The notes beneath the pieces were generated by a model. It saw only the letters and a list, made by a program, of their open reading frames with translations, was not told the origin of the DNA and did not search any database. 64,000 bases of DNA from Heptranchias perlo (taxonomy: Eukaryota): contig NC_090349.1 of assembly GCF_035084215.1 (NCBI RefSeq), positions 37,758,001 through 37,822,000 of the forward strand, in the 5' to 3' direction. Of this stretch, positions 12,201-24,345 are shown in pieces. A program made the position numbers and the translations under genes. Positions within the stretch are counted from its first letter, which is position 1. Every line of letters starts with the position of its first letter.

Positions 12201-12508
12201 AGGTTGTGAAAAGCCTGAGACTTCACTGGTAATTTATTCCACACCTCAATTGCTGTTTAGGTGAAAAAGTTCCATCAGGCTACCATTCTTACTCCTAATT
12301 TCATCATTTTTATCTTCCCAAGTACAATATTTGAACCATAATTTGCCTGCAGACACTTTAAGAATGCTGATCGTAACCTTTAAATGAGTCTCTCCTCATC
12401 CAATGAAAGCGAGACCAACTCTCTTAACCTCTCCTCATAACTTAAGTTACTGATGCCCACAATCGTGTTTGTGAAATGCGGGAATAATTGTTGTCCTTCA
12501 CATTGCAG

Positions 12509-12751
12509 GTGGGAACTCGGGAATTGGTAAAGAATCGAGCATTGACCTGGCAAGACGGGGTGTGCGGGTCATCATTGGGTGCCGCAAAGCCAAGCGAGCT
12601 GAGGCAGCAGTGAAGGATATCAAGCAGGCGAGCCATAGCATGGATGTACACTTCAGGAAGTTGGACCTCTCCAGTCCATGCTCCACAAGGGAATTTTGTT
12701 CGGACTTCTTGGAAAAGGAGAAGTGATTGGATATTTTAATTAATAATGCTT
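12509..12751 (+). pseudogene. SDR pseudogene exon 2
   Basis: ttgcag|GGNSGIGKESSIDLARRGVRVIIGCRKAKRAEAAVKDIK...KLDLSS...EKEK*LDILINNA|gtcagt. TGA at 12724-12726 sits where Arg is expected. Confidence 0.9.
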
Positions 12752-13499
12752 GTCAGTTAGTCAACATTGAACTGTAGAAACCTAATCACCATCTGAAAGA
12801 GAGAGACAGGTTAATGTATCAGGGATGACCTTTCATCAGAGCTGAACCTTATTAACTGGAGAGGAGGTAAAAATCAGCCAAGCTTCTTGTTTAAAATTAT
12901 TACCCAGTGATCTCTATTGGGTAGTCCGCACTTGTGGGTGTCTGGTGAAGGTAGCATTTGGTTCCCTCGCTTCACTTCATGGTAAAATAGCCTGGTGGCA
13001 TTCACTGTCCAGGAAGAATGGCCACTTGGGTTAAGTGCTTACGGAACCATACCCAGGAAGAGTCGGTGCTTTTAGGGGTGGAGAGGAGAAAACTAGGGGG
13101 ACAAAAATATTGAAGTTAATAATGTGGCCTACTGTTTCCTCCAGAGGGATTTCAAGGGATTTCCAGAGGGAGGTACTTCTTCTTCATAATCAGTCATTGG
13201 TCATTGTATATAAGCCTCCCATGGCTGAATTCTGAACTTCAAGCAAGTGAAACCTAATTATTGGATGTTGTGAGGCTCTTCAATTACCAAACCAATAGAT
13301 GGCACGCGATCAGCGAATAAACAAAAGCTTTTGCCATCTTCTCTCAGGGCCTGGACGGTGGTTGGTGTGTTATTGCTTATGCTAGTTGATGTTGCTGCAG
13401 AGAAAAATAACAAAAAAAAATAAGCATGAAGTTAGTCCCTGTGGCGCTTAAATGGGAATTTGCAGAGGTGAATTTATCATTGAATTCACTGCGCTAATG

Positions 13500-14170
13500 A
13501 TAAAACCTCTTTGTACTGCCTTGACAGTTCAGTCGGGAGCTGTTGAGCACAGATGATGGGACATCTGGCGATCTTCAGATTGTTAGAATGGGTGGCCATG
13601 GATTTTACCATTAATTGAACCTGCTACTGATGGTCATGAAAATATCCTGGTCATCACCAAGGAAAAAAATAATCCAACATCATGTCTACAGCCATTCTGC
13701 AGGAATGGTTCCCGATGAGCCAAATGGCTCCACTCTAATCAGGTAAGGAATCTCGACAGTTGGGTCATTGCGGAGTTACACTCTAAGGGATAAGGAAGTC
13801 CAGGATCATCCTGAATACATCGTGCGAAGGTTCAATGGAACAATGCATGACGTCCTCTAGGGACTATCCCTGGAAAACAACAGGTGATGGCCTCTTCCAT
13901 GCTCACAACACTTCTTCCCCAACTTTTTTCAGCCCAGGAGGTTTGCCCATATAATCTGTTACTTGGTTAGTGTTTCAATCTACCAATAGATGCCCTTCTT
14001 GTCGCAGGCAATTGGATGCACGACTGTGGGGAAGCCAAATCAGCGAGTAGCTCATGACCCTGAAAAACGTCGCAGAGTGGCTCATAAGAAGGCAAAGGAG
14101 CTTTTCAAGAATAAGGAATAGGCACTTTCAAAACTCCTCAGGAACGTGACCTGGTGTTAGATTTACAGAA
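13500..14170 (+). mobile_element. Decayed Ty3/Gypsy integrase fragment
   Basis: MGHL...LEWVAMDFT / LIEPATDGHENILVIT, WLHSNQVRNLDSWVIAEL, IRKSR and RFNGTMHDVL across frameshifts (DDE core). Confidence 0.75.
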
Positions 14171-14246
14171 TTAAATTGCGAGATCCAATGAGAGGAGCAG
14201 AAAAGAGAAGCTGTTGAGCAAGAAAGACATACTTATACTACAAGAA

Positions 14247-14665
14247 CTACAACTTGAATTTATGTGGTAAAACATCCCAAGGCGCTTCACGACCGATTAT
14301 CAAACAAAATTTGACGCTGAGCCATGTAAGGAGATATTAGGACAGGTGACCAAAAGCTTGGTGGAAGAGGTAGGTTTTAAGGAGCGTCTTAAAGGAGGAG
14401 AGGGAGGTAGAGAGGCGGTGAGGTTTAGGGAGGGAATTCCAGAGTTTAGGGCCTAGGCAGCTGAAGGCACGGCCGTCGATGGTGGAGCGATTAAAATCGG
14501 GAATGCGCAAGAGGCCAGAATTGAAGGAGCGCAGAGATCTCAGAGGGTTGTAGGACTGGAGGAGGTTACAGAGATAGGGAGGGGCGAGGCCATGGAGGGA
14601 TTTGAAAACAAGGACGAGAATTTTAAAATCAAGGCGTTCCCAGACCGGGAGCCAATGTAGGTCAA
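14247..14665 (-). mobile_element. L2 LINE 3' end
   Basis: Canonical tail and KLWNSLPKP motif on the minus strand. Confidence 0.88.
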
Positions 14666-15749
14666 CACGAAATCACTTTCACTAATCAGTTAATAAACAC
14701 AGTCAGCCATTGATTAAGTTAGTTATTAAATTCAACCAGCAGTTTCATAATTATTCATTATTTAAATAGTTGGCTCAATATTAAATGTGAAAGACAAATA
14801 TATACTGAAGAGAAATAAATGTAAGGGCTACAGGCTGTCTTCAAAATGGAAGAACAGAGAAATTAAAATGGAGGTAAGGAAGAAAATGTGGTGTACAGAT
14901 TCCAACGGGGAAAGGAAGGGGAAGAAAAAATATATTTAAAAAAGTTCAAAGGAGTTACATCTGTAAAATATAAAAAAGAGTGGAAAATTGAAGCTGAACG
15001 AAAAAATGAACTAATTAAGGATTATCGTTCTGACCGAATATGGTTTATCTTTATCTAATTTTATTTTAATAACTTTTGCTGTATGTGGCCCATGTTAAGT
15101 GCCAGGATATTGGATCAGGCTCACCATGTAAAATGAGTTTGACGTGCATGGGATTGAGGCTGTTGGTGAGCAGATCCTTTAATTCAGCCCAATCTGGCCT
15201 CTTTTACAGTCCAAATGCTAATTTCAAAGCTATGAATCTTACAGTTCAGTGCTGGCTGAATACAGCTATGTACTTCTAATTTGGCTCCATGAAGTAAAAT
15301 GTATTTTACAGGATATAAGACCCTTTTAATAAAGAATTGCTTTGAAAGTGGACGTAGGTGCAGGTGGATTATGTATTTCAATTCTGGTTTCTCAGTCACT
15401 TCATGTTTGTCGAAAATCAGAAAGCACGGATAAGAAAATTCTGTTCATCTCGATCACGGCACTCAACTGCTTCTTAAGGAAGTGTAAGGATCAATTTGGC
15501 TCTTTTTTAGGGTGTAATTTATTCAACACCAAATCACAGAAATTGGTGACTACTTCAGACTACTAGGTTTGCTGTGCTTCTATCCGTCTCGTCTCCCTGT
15601 CAGGGATGAGGATCAACTTAGCATTTATGCTGTCACTGGAGAATGAATTCTACACAAATGAATCCCTGACTGCTTCCGAAAGCATAAACCGCAAGAACAT
15701 GGGAGGAGCGAGGTGCACTAGTCAGTGCATTTTTAGCAGCGGCTTTTCC

Positions 15750-16480
15750 GTAACTGTCTTAACAGTGGCTCTGTAATTTGAGCTTTTGTCCCTTGTGATC
15801 CAGAAGCTGTACCTTTTTCATATTCTATTTTTGCAGTGGTGTGTATTTGAGGGGCTAATAATCCCGCTGTTATAATTTGTTTACCGATGTAAAGCAGTCT
15901 TTCACATCCTATCACATTCTCTTCAAAATGGTGCATAGTACCAAACAGTGATTTACTGACTAAAACAACTAATATTTTATTTAACAAATAAATAGGAATA
16001 TGAGGTGCAAAATCGAAAATTATAATACATCAAAATAGCCACTTAATTGGTCAGTTACTCTTTGTAAGACTGCAAAATCTGTGTTGAAGTAAATGAAGAG
16101 TTCTTTTTATGGCATAGTGAATTCACCCTCTCTTTGTCCTTTCCTGATCAAATGTTCATTCACTCTGAGGGAGGATTTGCTTCCATGAACTCTTCAGTTC
16201 AATCACCAATTTTTGAAAGAACTGTGCTATTTCAAAATTCCAGCTCTTAAACTCTTGAATTGTTAAAAATACCACTTCTGTTAACCTCTTGATGGAGAGG
16301 TTCCAGGACAAACAACTTTGTACTTGTATCCAATTAACAACAGTAAACAGATGTCATGAATGCACTGGTGAGTATCCAAGAGATGAATAATTCACACTTC
16401 TGCACATCTAAGACTTCTCAAGGGAACGAATTATTTGAGCAAAAGGCAACACCGATAATTAAATTGAGGAAATGCACAAA
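15750..16480 (-). mobile_element. Possible P-element/THAP9-like transposase C-terminal fossil
   Basis: Minus-strand fragments QIIRSLEKS/LRCAE, EVNRSGIFNNSRV and MHHFEENVIGCE...KQII...IHTTAK in the expected order. Confidence 0.35.
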
Positions 16481-16814
16481 TTTGGTCTTCTGATTACAAA
16501 CAATCTTATCTTATAAGTGAAACGAGCAATTCAAACTTTGCTTCTTTCTGAAAGCAAGATGGGTTAATGTTTTTGTCTGGATGAAGGGCACCAGCTGGAA
16601 AACTGCAGCTCCGATGAAAGGACCCTCCTAAAAGGGGGCAATTATTTCACTTCTAGATGCCGCCTGACCTGTTACATTTTCCATCTTTGTGTCAGCTCTT
16701 CATTTATCTTCATTGTACTCATATCTCCATTTTGGTCAAAGTGACAGTTCAGTCTTTAATGTACCTACATTTGTAGGATCTGTAATCTTGAATTCTTGTG
16801 TATGTTCTCCAGAG

Positions 16815-17112
16815 GAATTAGTTTGTGTGCCACTTTGAGGATGGTTTTGCCACGTGTTTTGGTGTGAATCACCTAGGCCACTTTCTGCTCACCAACCTTC
16901 TGCTTGACTGCCTGAAGGAATCTGCCCCAAATCGTGTGTAAATGTTTCTTCAGACATCTACAAGATAGCAAAAATGGACTTCACCAGATTCAGAAAAGCC
17001 TCAAGTCTGCTTGCCTCTTACAGCAGCAGTAAGTTGGCAAACATTCTGTTTACCAAAGAACTGTCACGTCGAATGGAAGGAACTGGCATTACCACATTTT
17101 CTCAGAACCCAG
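16815..17112 (+). pseudogene. SDR pseudogene exon 3 (catalytic)
   Basis: GISLC / [34 protein letters not shown] / NVSSDIYK...ASYSSSKLANILFTKELSRRMEGTGITTFSQNPG|gtaaat. One-nt loss at about 16939; the 5' boundary is uncertain. Confidence 0.88.
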
Positions 17113-17564
17113 GTAAATCAGACTTTCCATGATGGCTTTGGATCAGAGTATGGTTTCTGTGCTCTTTCTCACTTGCTCTCATGCCCTCTCTGTCTCACCC
17201 TACATTTAATTCTCTCTTAGCCTATAAGAGAAGTATATGCCATACTGACTGGAGAATCACGGACTCAATAGCTAGTTTGTGCCATATTAGCTGATTTTAT
17301 GTGGGACTGTGGTTGAGGGAGAAAAAACAGCTTCTGATTGCCATCCAGTGAATCCTGTTGAACGTATATGTCAAGAGAGGATCAAACTCCACTGTGACGC
17401 TCTCAGTAATGAAATAGCCCGTCTCCTCTCAGATGAAAAATGGCCATTGGAAAAAGGCAGCAGAAAGCTACTGGTACCTGTGGAACTTTATTGCAGCAAA
17501 AGTGAGCACTTTCAGGAGAAAGGGGAGAGTATCATCCTAATTGGGCAAAAAGAAAGAGTGTTGT

Positions 17565-17860
17565 GGGGACTGGCTTGCAGGTTGGATCAATGCACTCATT
17601 CATCTCTAGGACCTGGATTTGAATGTAGCCCAGTTTAATGGACAATAATCTCTTTCTGCTAGCTGTAAGGGTTGTACATGAAATGCATTTGAGGTGGTTC
17701 AATCCTGCTCTTTGTGGGCAAGAACTCTTGGCAGAAAAATGGCTTCATTTGGCACTAAAGCATGGAATCTGACACCAAGGAGTCAGAAGGGTGTCTTGCC
17801 ACAGTGGAGGGTGACCTTTGGACAGAATAGAGAGAGTTTTGCTTTGTATCTGACTTTAAC
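17565..17860 (+). mobile_element. LF-SINE-like ancient tRNA-derived SINE
   Basis: ggggactgg...ttcatctctagg...tttgaatgtagcccag...tttggcactaa; relatives at about 5790-5960 (-), 26160-26480 (-), 45340-45710 (-), 53180-53370 (-) and 60300-60700 (+). Confidence 0.5.
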
Positions 17861-18555
17861 CCCCCCAGTGGGAATATCTACTTATAACAGTGGGGGAAAA
17901 ATCCCAAGCTCGTTACCTTAGAGATGATTTTTTTTACTCGAGATGAAAGAATCGTAAAATTAATCAGAATTGTTTTTCGATGTTCTGACTTTTGAATGGG
18001 AGACTGTCCATTTGCTGAGTATAAGCCTAAAGGAGCAATTATATTATCACTTTAACATCATTAGGCAATGGGTCACACTCACATTGATAAAAAAAAACAT
18101 ACGCTTCCATTGTCAGGTCCTGACACGTCTCCAGAGGGGGAGTGGCAAAAGATCCCCTGAAGGAGGCAGCCTGAACACTTGGGTTTAACACTGCATGGGG
18201 TGTAACTCGTGCATTATCTAACCGGCTTTAAAAAGTACACCTGGGCTCCCTGGGGAACCGGGAGTACTTTTTAAGCTAACACAGAACTGTGTTAAGTGCC
18301 AAGAGACTGCAGATGCTTCAGTCTAAGCTCTCAAAGTATTGGAGGTTTTAATGACCAAAAGCAGAGCTCTTCATGTGGAGATAAGTGTGCACGTGCAAGA
18401 CTGCTTTCCTGGCCAGGTCAGTATAAACAAAGAAGTATTTGGCTGGACCTATTCTGTAGTTACTTGCTTCCTATGCATAATTTCAACTAACGCTTGGCTG
18501 ATCTTTTTTTTCTAAGTTTTGATGTAGATTTATCTGGAATTCATTCTTATTTTAG

Positions 18556-18804
18556 GTTATGCCTTTACCAATCTGTTGACCAACCAATATTTCCTGACCC
18601 GGATGGTTTTGTTCCCCCATCATGTACCTGTTCTTCATTTCGAGTGAAGCAGATCCACTGCGCATATCCGATGAAGTACTGCCATACTATGGTGGATTCT
18701 TCAGTAATTGTTGACCGATGGAGCTCTGATGTCATGCAATGGGCACCAGTGTAGCCAAGAGACTGTGGGCGACCAGTGAACAACTAGTTGGACAAAAAGC
18801 ATAA
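18556..18804 (+). pseudogene. SDR pseudogene exon 4 (C-terminal)
   Basis: ttttag|GYAFTNLLTNQYFLTRMVLFP / IMYLFFISSEA / IHCA / SDEVLPYYGGFFSNC*PMEL*CHAMGTSVAKRLWATSEQLVGQKA*. Confidence 0.8.
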
Positions 18805-18837
18805 AAGTTGACACTTCTAATACCGGTTAGAAACCAG

Positions 18838-19785
18838 TGTCGATGCATTCACCGAGGTATATGAGAGAATGGGCCTCAGGCTAAACATCCAGAAAACAAA
18901 GGTCCTCTATCACACAACACTGCTCCCCCCGACCATCAAGATCCACGGTGAGCCTCTGGACAGCGTGGGTCATTTCCCATACCTTGGGAGCCTCCTCTCG
19001 GCGTGAGCAGACATCGACGATGAAATTCAACATCGACTCCAATGCGCCAGTGTAGCCTTCGGACGCCTGAGGAACAGAGTGTTCGAAGACCGAGACCTCA
19101 AATCCAACACCAAGCTCATGGTCTACAGAGCAGCTGTGGTCCCCGCCCTCCTGTATGCATCAGAAACATGGACAATGTACAGCGGACACCTCAAATTCCT
19201 GGAGAGATATCACCAACGTTGCCACTGCAAAATCCTGCAAATCCACTGGCAGGATAGGCGTACCAACGTGAACGTTCTCTCCCAGGCTAACATCTCCAGT
19301 ACCGAGGCACTGGTCACGTTCAACCAGCTGCGATGGGCGGGCCATATTGTCCGCATGCCCGACACAAGATTCCCTAAACAAGTGCTCTACTCCGAGCTCC
19401 GCAATGACAGGCGATCACTAGGAGGGCAGAGGAAACGCTACAAGGACACTCTCAAAGCCTCCCTAAAAAAAAATGCAACATCCCACATGCACGTGGGAAT
19501 CGCTTGCCCGAGAACGCCCAAACTGGAGAAGAAGCATCCGCGAAGGCGCCAATCACCTCGAGCGTCACCGAGTGGAGCGCGTGGAGGCCAAGCGTAAGCA
19601 GCGAAAAGAGCGCGCAGAATCCAGAGCGTCTCGCCCACCCGCCTTATTAAACACTACCTGCCCCACCTGTGGCAGAGTCCGCGGTTCCAGGATTGGACTA
19701 TTCAGCCACCGCAGAACCCACCCTCCCGGAGTGGAAGCAAGTCATCCTCGACCCTGAGGGCTTGCCAAAGAAGAAAAAGAAGAAA
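18838..19785 (+). mobile_element. RTE-clade LINE, 5'-truncated
   Basis: GLRLNIQKTKVL, FPYLGS, KLMVYRAAVVPALLYASETWT, QLRWAGHIVRMPDTRFPKQVLYSEL, C-terminal CPTCGR...GLFSHRRTH and an (AAG)n tail. Confidence 0.92.
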
Positions 19786-19944
19786 ATTTATTACGAGTTC
19801 GGGCTTTTTCTCCTTCAACAGACCTGATGTCAGTCTCTGTAATCGGATTTTTCTGCATCCCTTACAATCTAAACTCTGCACCTTCTGCTTTCTGCCTTAC
19901 AGAGACAAGATATCTCGGGTCTAACCATTACTTACAATTAACTA

Positions 19945-20560
19945 CAACAACAACTTGCCTTTATATGGCGCCTTTAACATAGTAAAACATCCCAAGATGC
20001 TTCAGAGGAGCGTTATCAGACACAATTTGACACCGAGCCACATAAGGAGATATTAGGACAGGTGACCAAAAGCTTGGTCAAAGAGGTAGGTTTTAAAGAG
20101 CGTCTTAAAGGAGGAGAGAGAGAGGTAGAGAGACGGAGACGTTTAGGGAGGGAACTCCAGTGCTTGGGTCTAGTCAGCTTGAAGGCATGGCCGCTAAAGA
20201 TGGGGCGAAGGAAATCATGGATGCACAAGTTCAGAGTCAGAAGAATGCAGAGTTCTCGGGGGGTTGTAGGGCTGGAGGAGGCTACAGAGATGGGGAAAGC
20301 CCAGGCCATAGAGGGACTTGAACACAAGGATGAGAATTTTAAATCTGAGGCATGGCTGGACTGGGAGCCAATGTAGGTCAACGAGCACAGGGTGATGGGT
20401 GAACGGGACTTGGTGTGAGTTACGATACGGGCAGCAGAGTTTTGGATGAGCTGAAGTTTACAGAGGGTGAAAGATGGGAGGCCAGCCAGGAGAGCATTGG
20501 AATAGTTGAGTCTGGAGGTAACAAAGGCATGGATGAGGGTTTCAGCAGCAGGTGGGCTGA
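19945..20560 (-). mobile_element. L2 LINE 3' end
   Basis: ORF AAETLIHAFVTSRLNYSNALLAGLP...LQLIQNSAAR. Confidence 0.92.
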
Positions 20561-21115
20561 CAGTAGGAAAGATGTTGGACAAATTCTCTACTGAACAATA
20601 CAATTATCTGGAGCATCCAGTTAAAAAGTTAGTTTCTCTTCTAACTTTTCTGACAATTTCATGAAATATCCATTTCTTGCCACATCCATCGCTCTAGGAG
20701 AATTTGTACAGAATGCATGAGCCAAACCTGAACAAGTTTTCTGTTCTTTGTCGGATTTCTGAAGAATACAGGAAAATTCACCTGTTTTAATTCTTTGGCT
20801 GTCGAGCTTGCTTTAAGAAACATTTGCAGGTAACACTTGAAGAATATCAGAACTATAGGTAATAATTTCAGCAGATCTCCCATGGTGTTGCTTCAGGCCG
20901 GTGGTCACGTTGCAGGAACATCTCCCTCTCTCTCTCTTTCTGTTGCACCTGGCTGAGTCAGAAATTAGTGGGTTTGAGCCCCATTTCAGAACTTGAGTAC
21001 ATGAAACTGAGAAGGTGCTGTCTAGTTGAAGGTGCTGACCTTTGGATGAGATGTTAAACCGAGGATTCATCTGCCTGTTCAGGTGAGATCTTTTGGTAAT
21101 ATTCAAGGAACACTT

Positions 21116-21847
21116 GGGGCTCGATTTTACAATGGCAGCAGGTTGGCAGCGGGGGGGTGAAGGATCGCGTGGCAAACCCGCGTGAACAAAAATCACCGTT
21201 TCCGACGCAACCGCACGTTGATTGATGATGATTAACGTCCTCTCCGGGTTTCGCGCCCGGCAGCTAGCCTGATTGACAGGCGCTGGAACGGAAGACTTTG
21301 GGGTGGGGGGGGGTGCGGAGAGGGGAAGATCCGCACTGGACTGGAAGACCGGGGCGGGGGGGAGAGGGGAAGATCGGGGGGGAGGTGAAGAGGGGGACAT
21401 CGGAGCAGGAGACATCAGACATCGGAGCAGGTTTCAAAGGTAGGTTCATTTAGTGTTTTCACTTCCTTCCATGGTTTTTTATTTAATTTATTTAGTTTTT
21501 ATTTGCCTGATCTGGTCCTTCACATCTGGTTTCACCACACGTGAATCAGAAGGGGTGGGCAAGCCACCCAGGTAAGTTAAAAATCTTTCTAATCACTTAA
21601 TCTGTCACAGGTAAAGTGCCTTAAGTATCTCAATGAGGTACATTTGACTCTTTAACTGTCATCCCTCCGGCTTTAATTGCCGGCGGGACTTCTGTTTTCG
21701 GGTTGCCCGCACGCACACAGGTGGGTCCCTGGGAAACTCGGAAGCTGCGGGTTGGAGCCGGCTTCCGAACCCGAATGGGATTTCCACGATTTTCGGAGCC
21801 CCCCCTCTCCCCCAACGCACCCACAATTGCCTCCTAAAATCACCCCC
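21116..21847. mobile_element. GC-rich non-autonomous DNA element with imperfect TIRs, nested in a decayed DeuSINE (about 20950-21960)
   Basis: Left ggggctcgatttta and right taaaatcacccc; the SINE resumes at gagttcttctggtgtc. Confidence 0.6.
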
Positions 21848-24095
21848 TTGAGTTCTTCTGGTGTCAAGGTCACTCATCTCATTGTTGTCTGTGCAACCTT
21901 GATGTGTGCAAAATGGATGCTGTGATTGTGATTGCCCACATAAGTGACTGTAATTCAATCGAGCTTCAGGATCTTGCCTCTTTATTCCGCCACAGAGGTA
22001 GGTTTCAATATCAAATCAGCAAAAAGTCATCTATATTACAAAAATGTACATTTACCTGATCTGTATTACACAACTTAAGGCACACGAACCAGGTTAGAGC
22101 TTCTGTTTTATTTAAACTGGTTCTCAGGAAAGTATATTTACATTTTCTGAAGCTATTATCGATATTGCTACAACTTATATTCACATAATGATCCAAAATA
22201 AAGGACGTTCCATGTTATCCTTACGCCGATGGGTTGTCTTACTTAAACAGAACAATCTTCCTGCATCCTCTTTTACAGAGCAGGGCGCTACTTCTTTCCC
22301 TACAGTGTCCTGTCTTTTCAAACTTACTGCAGCACTTTGCCGCCTGGCTGACCTATAGGTTTCTGTTTCATTTTTTTAAAATCCTGACTCCAGCTTTTAG
22401 TTGAAACTAACTCTTCTCTCCCCCACCGTTAAATGAATCCAGTATCCTGGCCTCAATTACCTTTCCTGGCAACTCGTTCCAGCTGTTGATCGCTCTCTGT
22501 GTAAAGGAACACATCCTGGTGTCAGTTCTAAATTTGCCCTTCACAACCCTGAACTTGTGCCTTCTTGTCCTGCTGCCCTGTCAAATCCAAAAGTGCTGCT
22601 TTGGGTTTATAATCTCTACCCCAACGTTGGTCAGTCCTCCCGTCCTTCTCTGCACTTCAGCTCAAAGGCCTTCAGGAAACCACACAGTTCTTATGCTTGG
22701 CCATTGAACAATATTTACTGACCGTATTTTACAGTAATGAGTATTCTTCTCTCTTTCGCACCCTTGGCCCTGGTGCATTGTAGCTGTCTTGGTACAATTC
22801 TGTTCTCATTTCACAATAAGTCCTTTCTTTGCACTTCTCTGTCTACTTTTGTTCAATACATTTAGTGGCAGTGATTCCTATTAAAGTGACTGGTCGGAAT
22901 TGTGCCAATCCATTTGGTGATGGATATTGTAATAATGAAACACATTCTGCGCTACTTTAAGCCATCGATAATGATCACTTCAAGCATAGCTTTGGGAATC
23001 CTGATTCACCTGGAAGCTCACTTGAGAACTGCTCTGTCCAGTGTGAAACCATGCCGCCCAGGAAGGTCCAAGGTTCAGCCTCCAAATAACTCTGCTGAGT
23101 TAGCTGATCTGCGTTGTTGCAATGGCCACAATGGGTAAAGGAAGCTTAAAACATCCAGTGACTTCAGTCCAAACATGTTGTGCAGACATTGGGCGTGGAC
23201 GAGTTCGGGCTCAGCTGTGATCTGGAGACACCATGATGGGATAACCTCCCGATACTCTGTGCCTGGATCACTTTGGTGAGGTACCAGAGGGCACTTGTAG
23301 AACCATACCTGGTATGAGAAGGCACCTTCAGAAGACGAGGAGAGAAAATAGGAAGGGGAGGGGGATAGGTTTTGCTGACTGTTCTTGGAGTGTGGATGCT
23401 AGTGTAGTGTTCGTATGTTACCATGTGTGTGGCTACTGTTGCTCTTAGTTACATGATTCAAATCCAGGTCCCAGAGTTGAAATTACATTATCCACTGAAA
23501 CCCCAGTTCCCAAGCCAGGGTATCTGAGGGAGATTACCTCATGAATACCAAATTAGAACAAACTTTGGACTACCACTGGGCCCTGAGTAGAGCCTACCTT
23601 GAAATATCTTAACTCACGGTGGCCTTAAGGCAAAAGAGACTGCAGTATTTTGCTCGAATCTCGGCCCAAGTCTTTTTCACACTTTAACAAGGTGGAGCAT
23701 GTCGTTTCACCCTCTCTCATCCCTCCTTGATACAAGTGTTTTTTTTAAGAATAAAAGTTTTAAACATTCTTAAACATTCCTAAAATACAAAGATAATAAC
23801 AGTTTGGGACTTTGAGATATTTGTGGTCTCTCGTGATGAACTGAGGTCAGACATACCATTCCCTGCAAAAAAATCCCACCGGTACACATTTTAAAAATAA
23901 ACAGAAATGTGGTTGTACCAGTGAAAGGTTGCTTTAAAATTGGATTTGAATTTTTTTTAAATTCAAATATTTTTTCTGAGGCTCAGCGATGGTGAGTTGA
24001 GCTCCCGGGGGATTGGCATGGTTCATTATTGTAGCTAATAGGCTAGAAATTACTGTTGCTTATATGAGCAGACAAACATTTAATGCATTTTATAT

Positions 24096-24345
24096 GGGTA
24101 CGGTAGTGTAGTGGTTATGTCACTAGTAATCCAGCAGGCTTGGATTTACAATCCTAGAACAAAGTGAGTTCAAATCCACCCTGGTAGATTGAGAATTTGA
24201 ATTTAAAAAAAAAAGTCCTGGAAATAAGATTGTCTTAAAAACCCAACTGGTTCACCAATGTCCTTTAGGAAAGGAAACCTACTGTTTTCTCTGGCTTATG
24301 TTTGATTCCGGTCCCATACAGCGGTCGACTCTGAAGTGGCCGCTT
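24096..24345 (+). mobile_element. tRNA-derived SINE (same family as 6311-6620)
   Basis: ggtagtgtagtggttatg A box, gagttcaaatcc B box, aaaacccaactggttcac body. Confidence 0.65.

Larger units (their letters stand above)
2967..18804 (+). pseudogene. Unprocessed short-chain dehydrogenase/reductase pseudogene, retinol dehydrogenase / DHRS13-like
   Basis: Four exon remnants give TGGNSGIG (Rossmann), [33 protein letters not shown] (catalytic YxxxK) and AKRLWATSEQLVG. Disabled by TGA at 12724, 18712 and 18727, frameshifts near 16820, 16939 and 18615-18665, and no ATG. Confidence 0.9.

Noticed and set aside
12724-18729. In-frame TGA codons in the SDR gene as selenocysteine or readthrough
   Set aside because: They co-occur with frameshifts and start loss, the first falls at an expected Arg position (CGA>TGA), and no SECIS was recognised.
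20813-21958. 200-aa and overlapping GC-rich ORFs
   Set aside because: They lie inside a GC-rich TIR element and a SINE; no recognisable protein.
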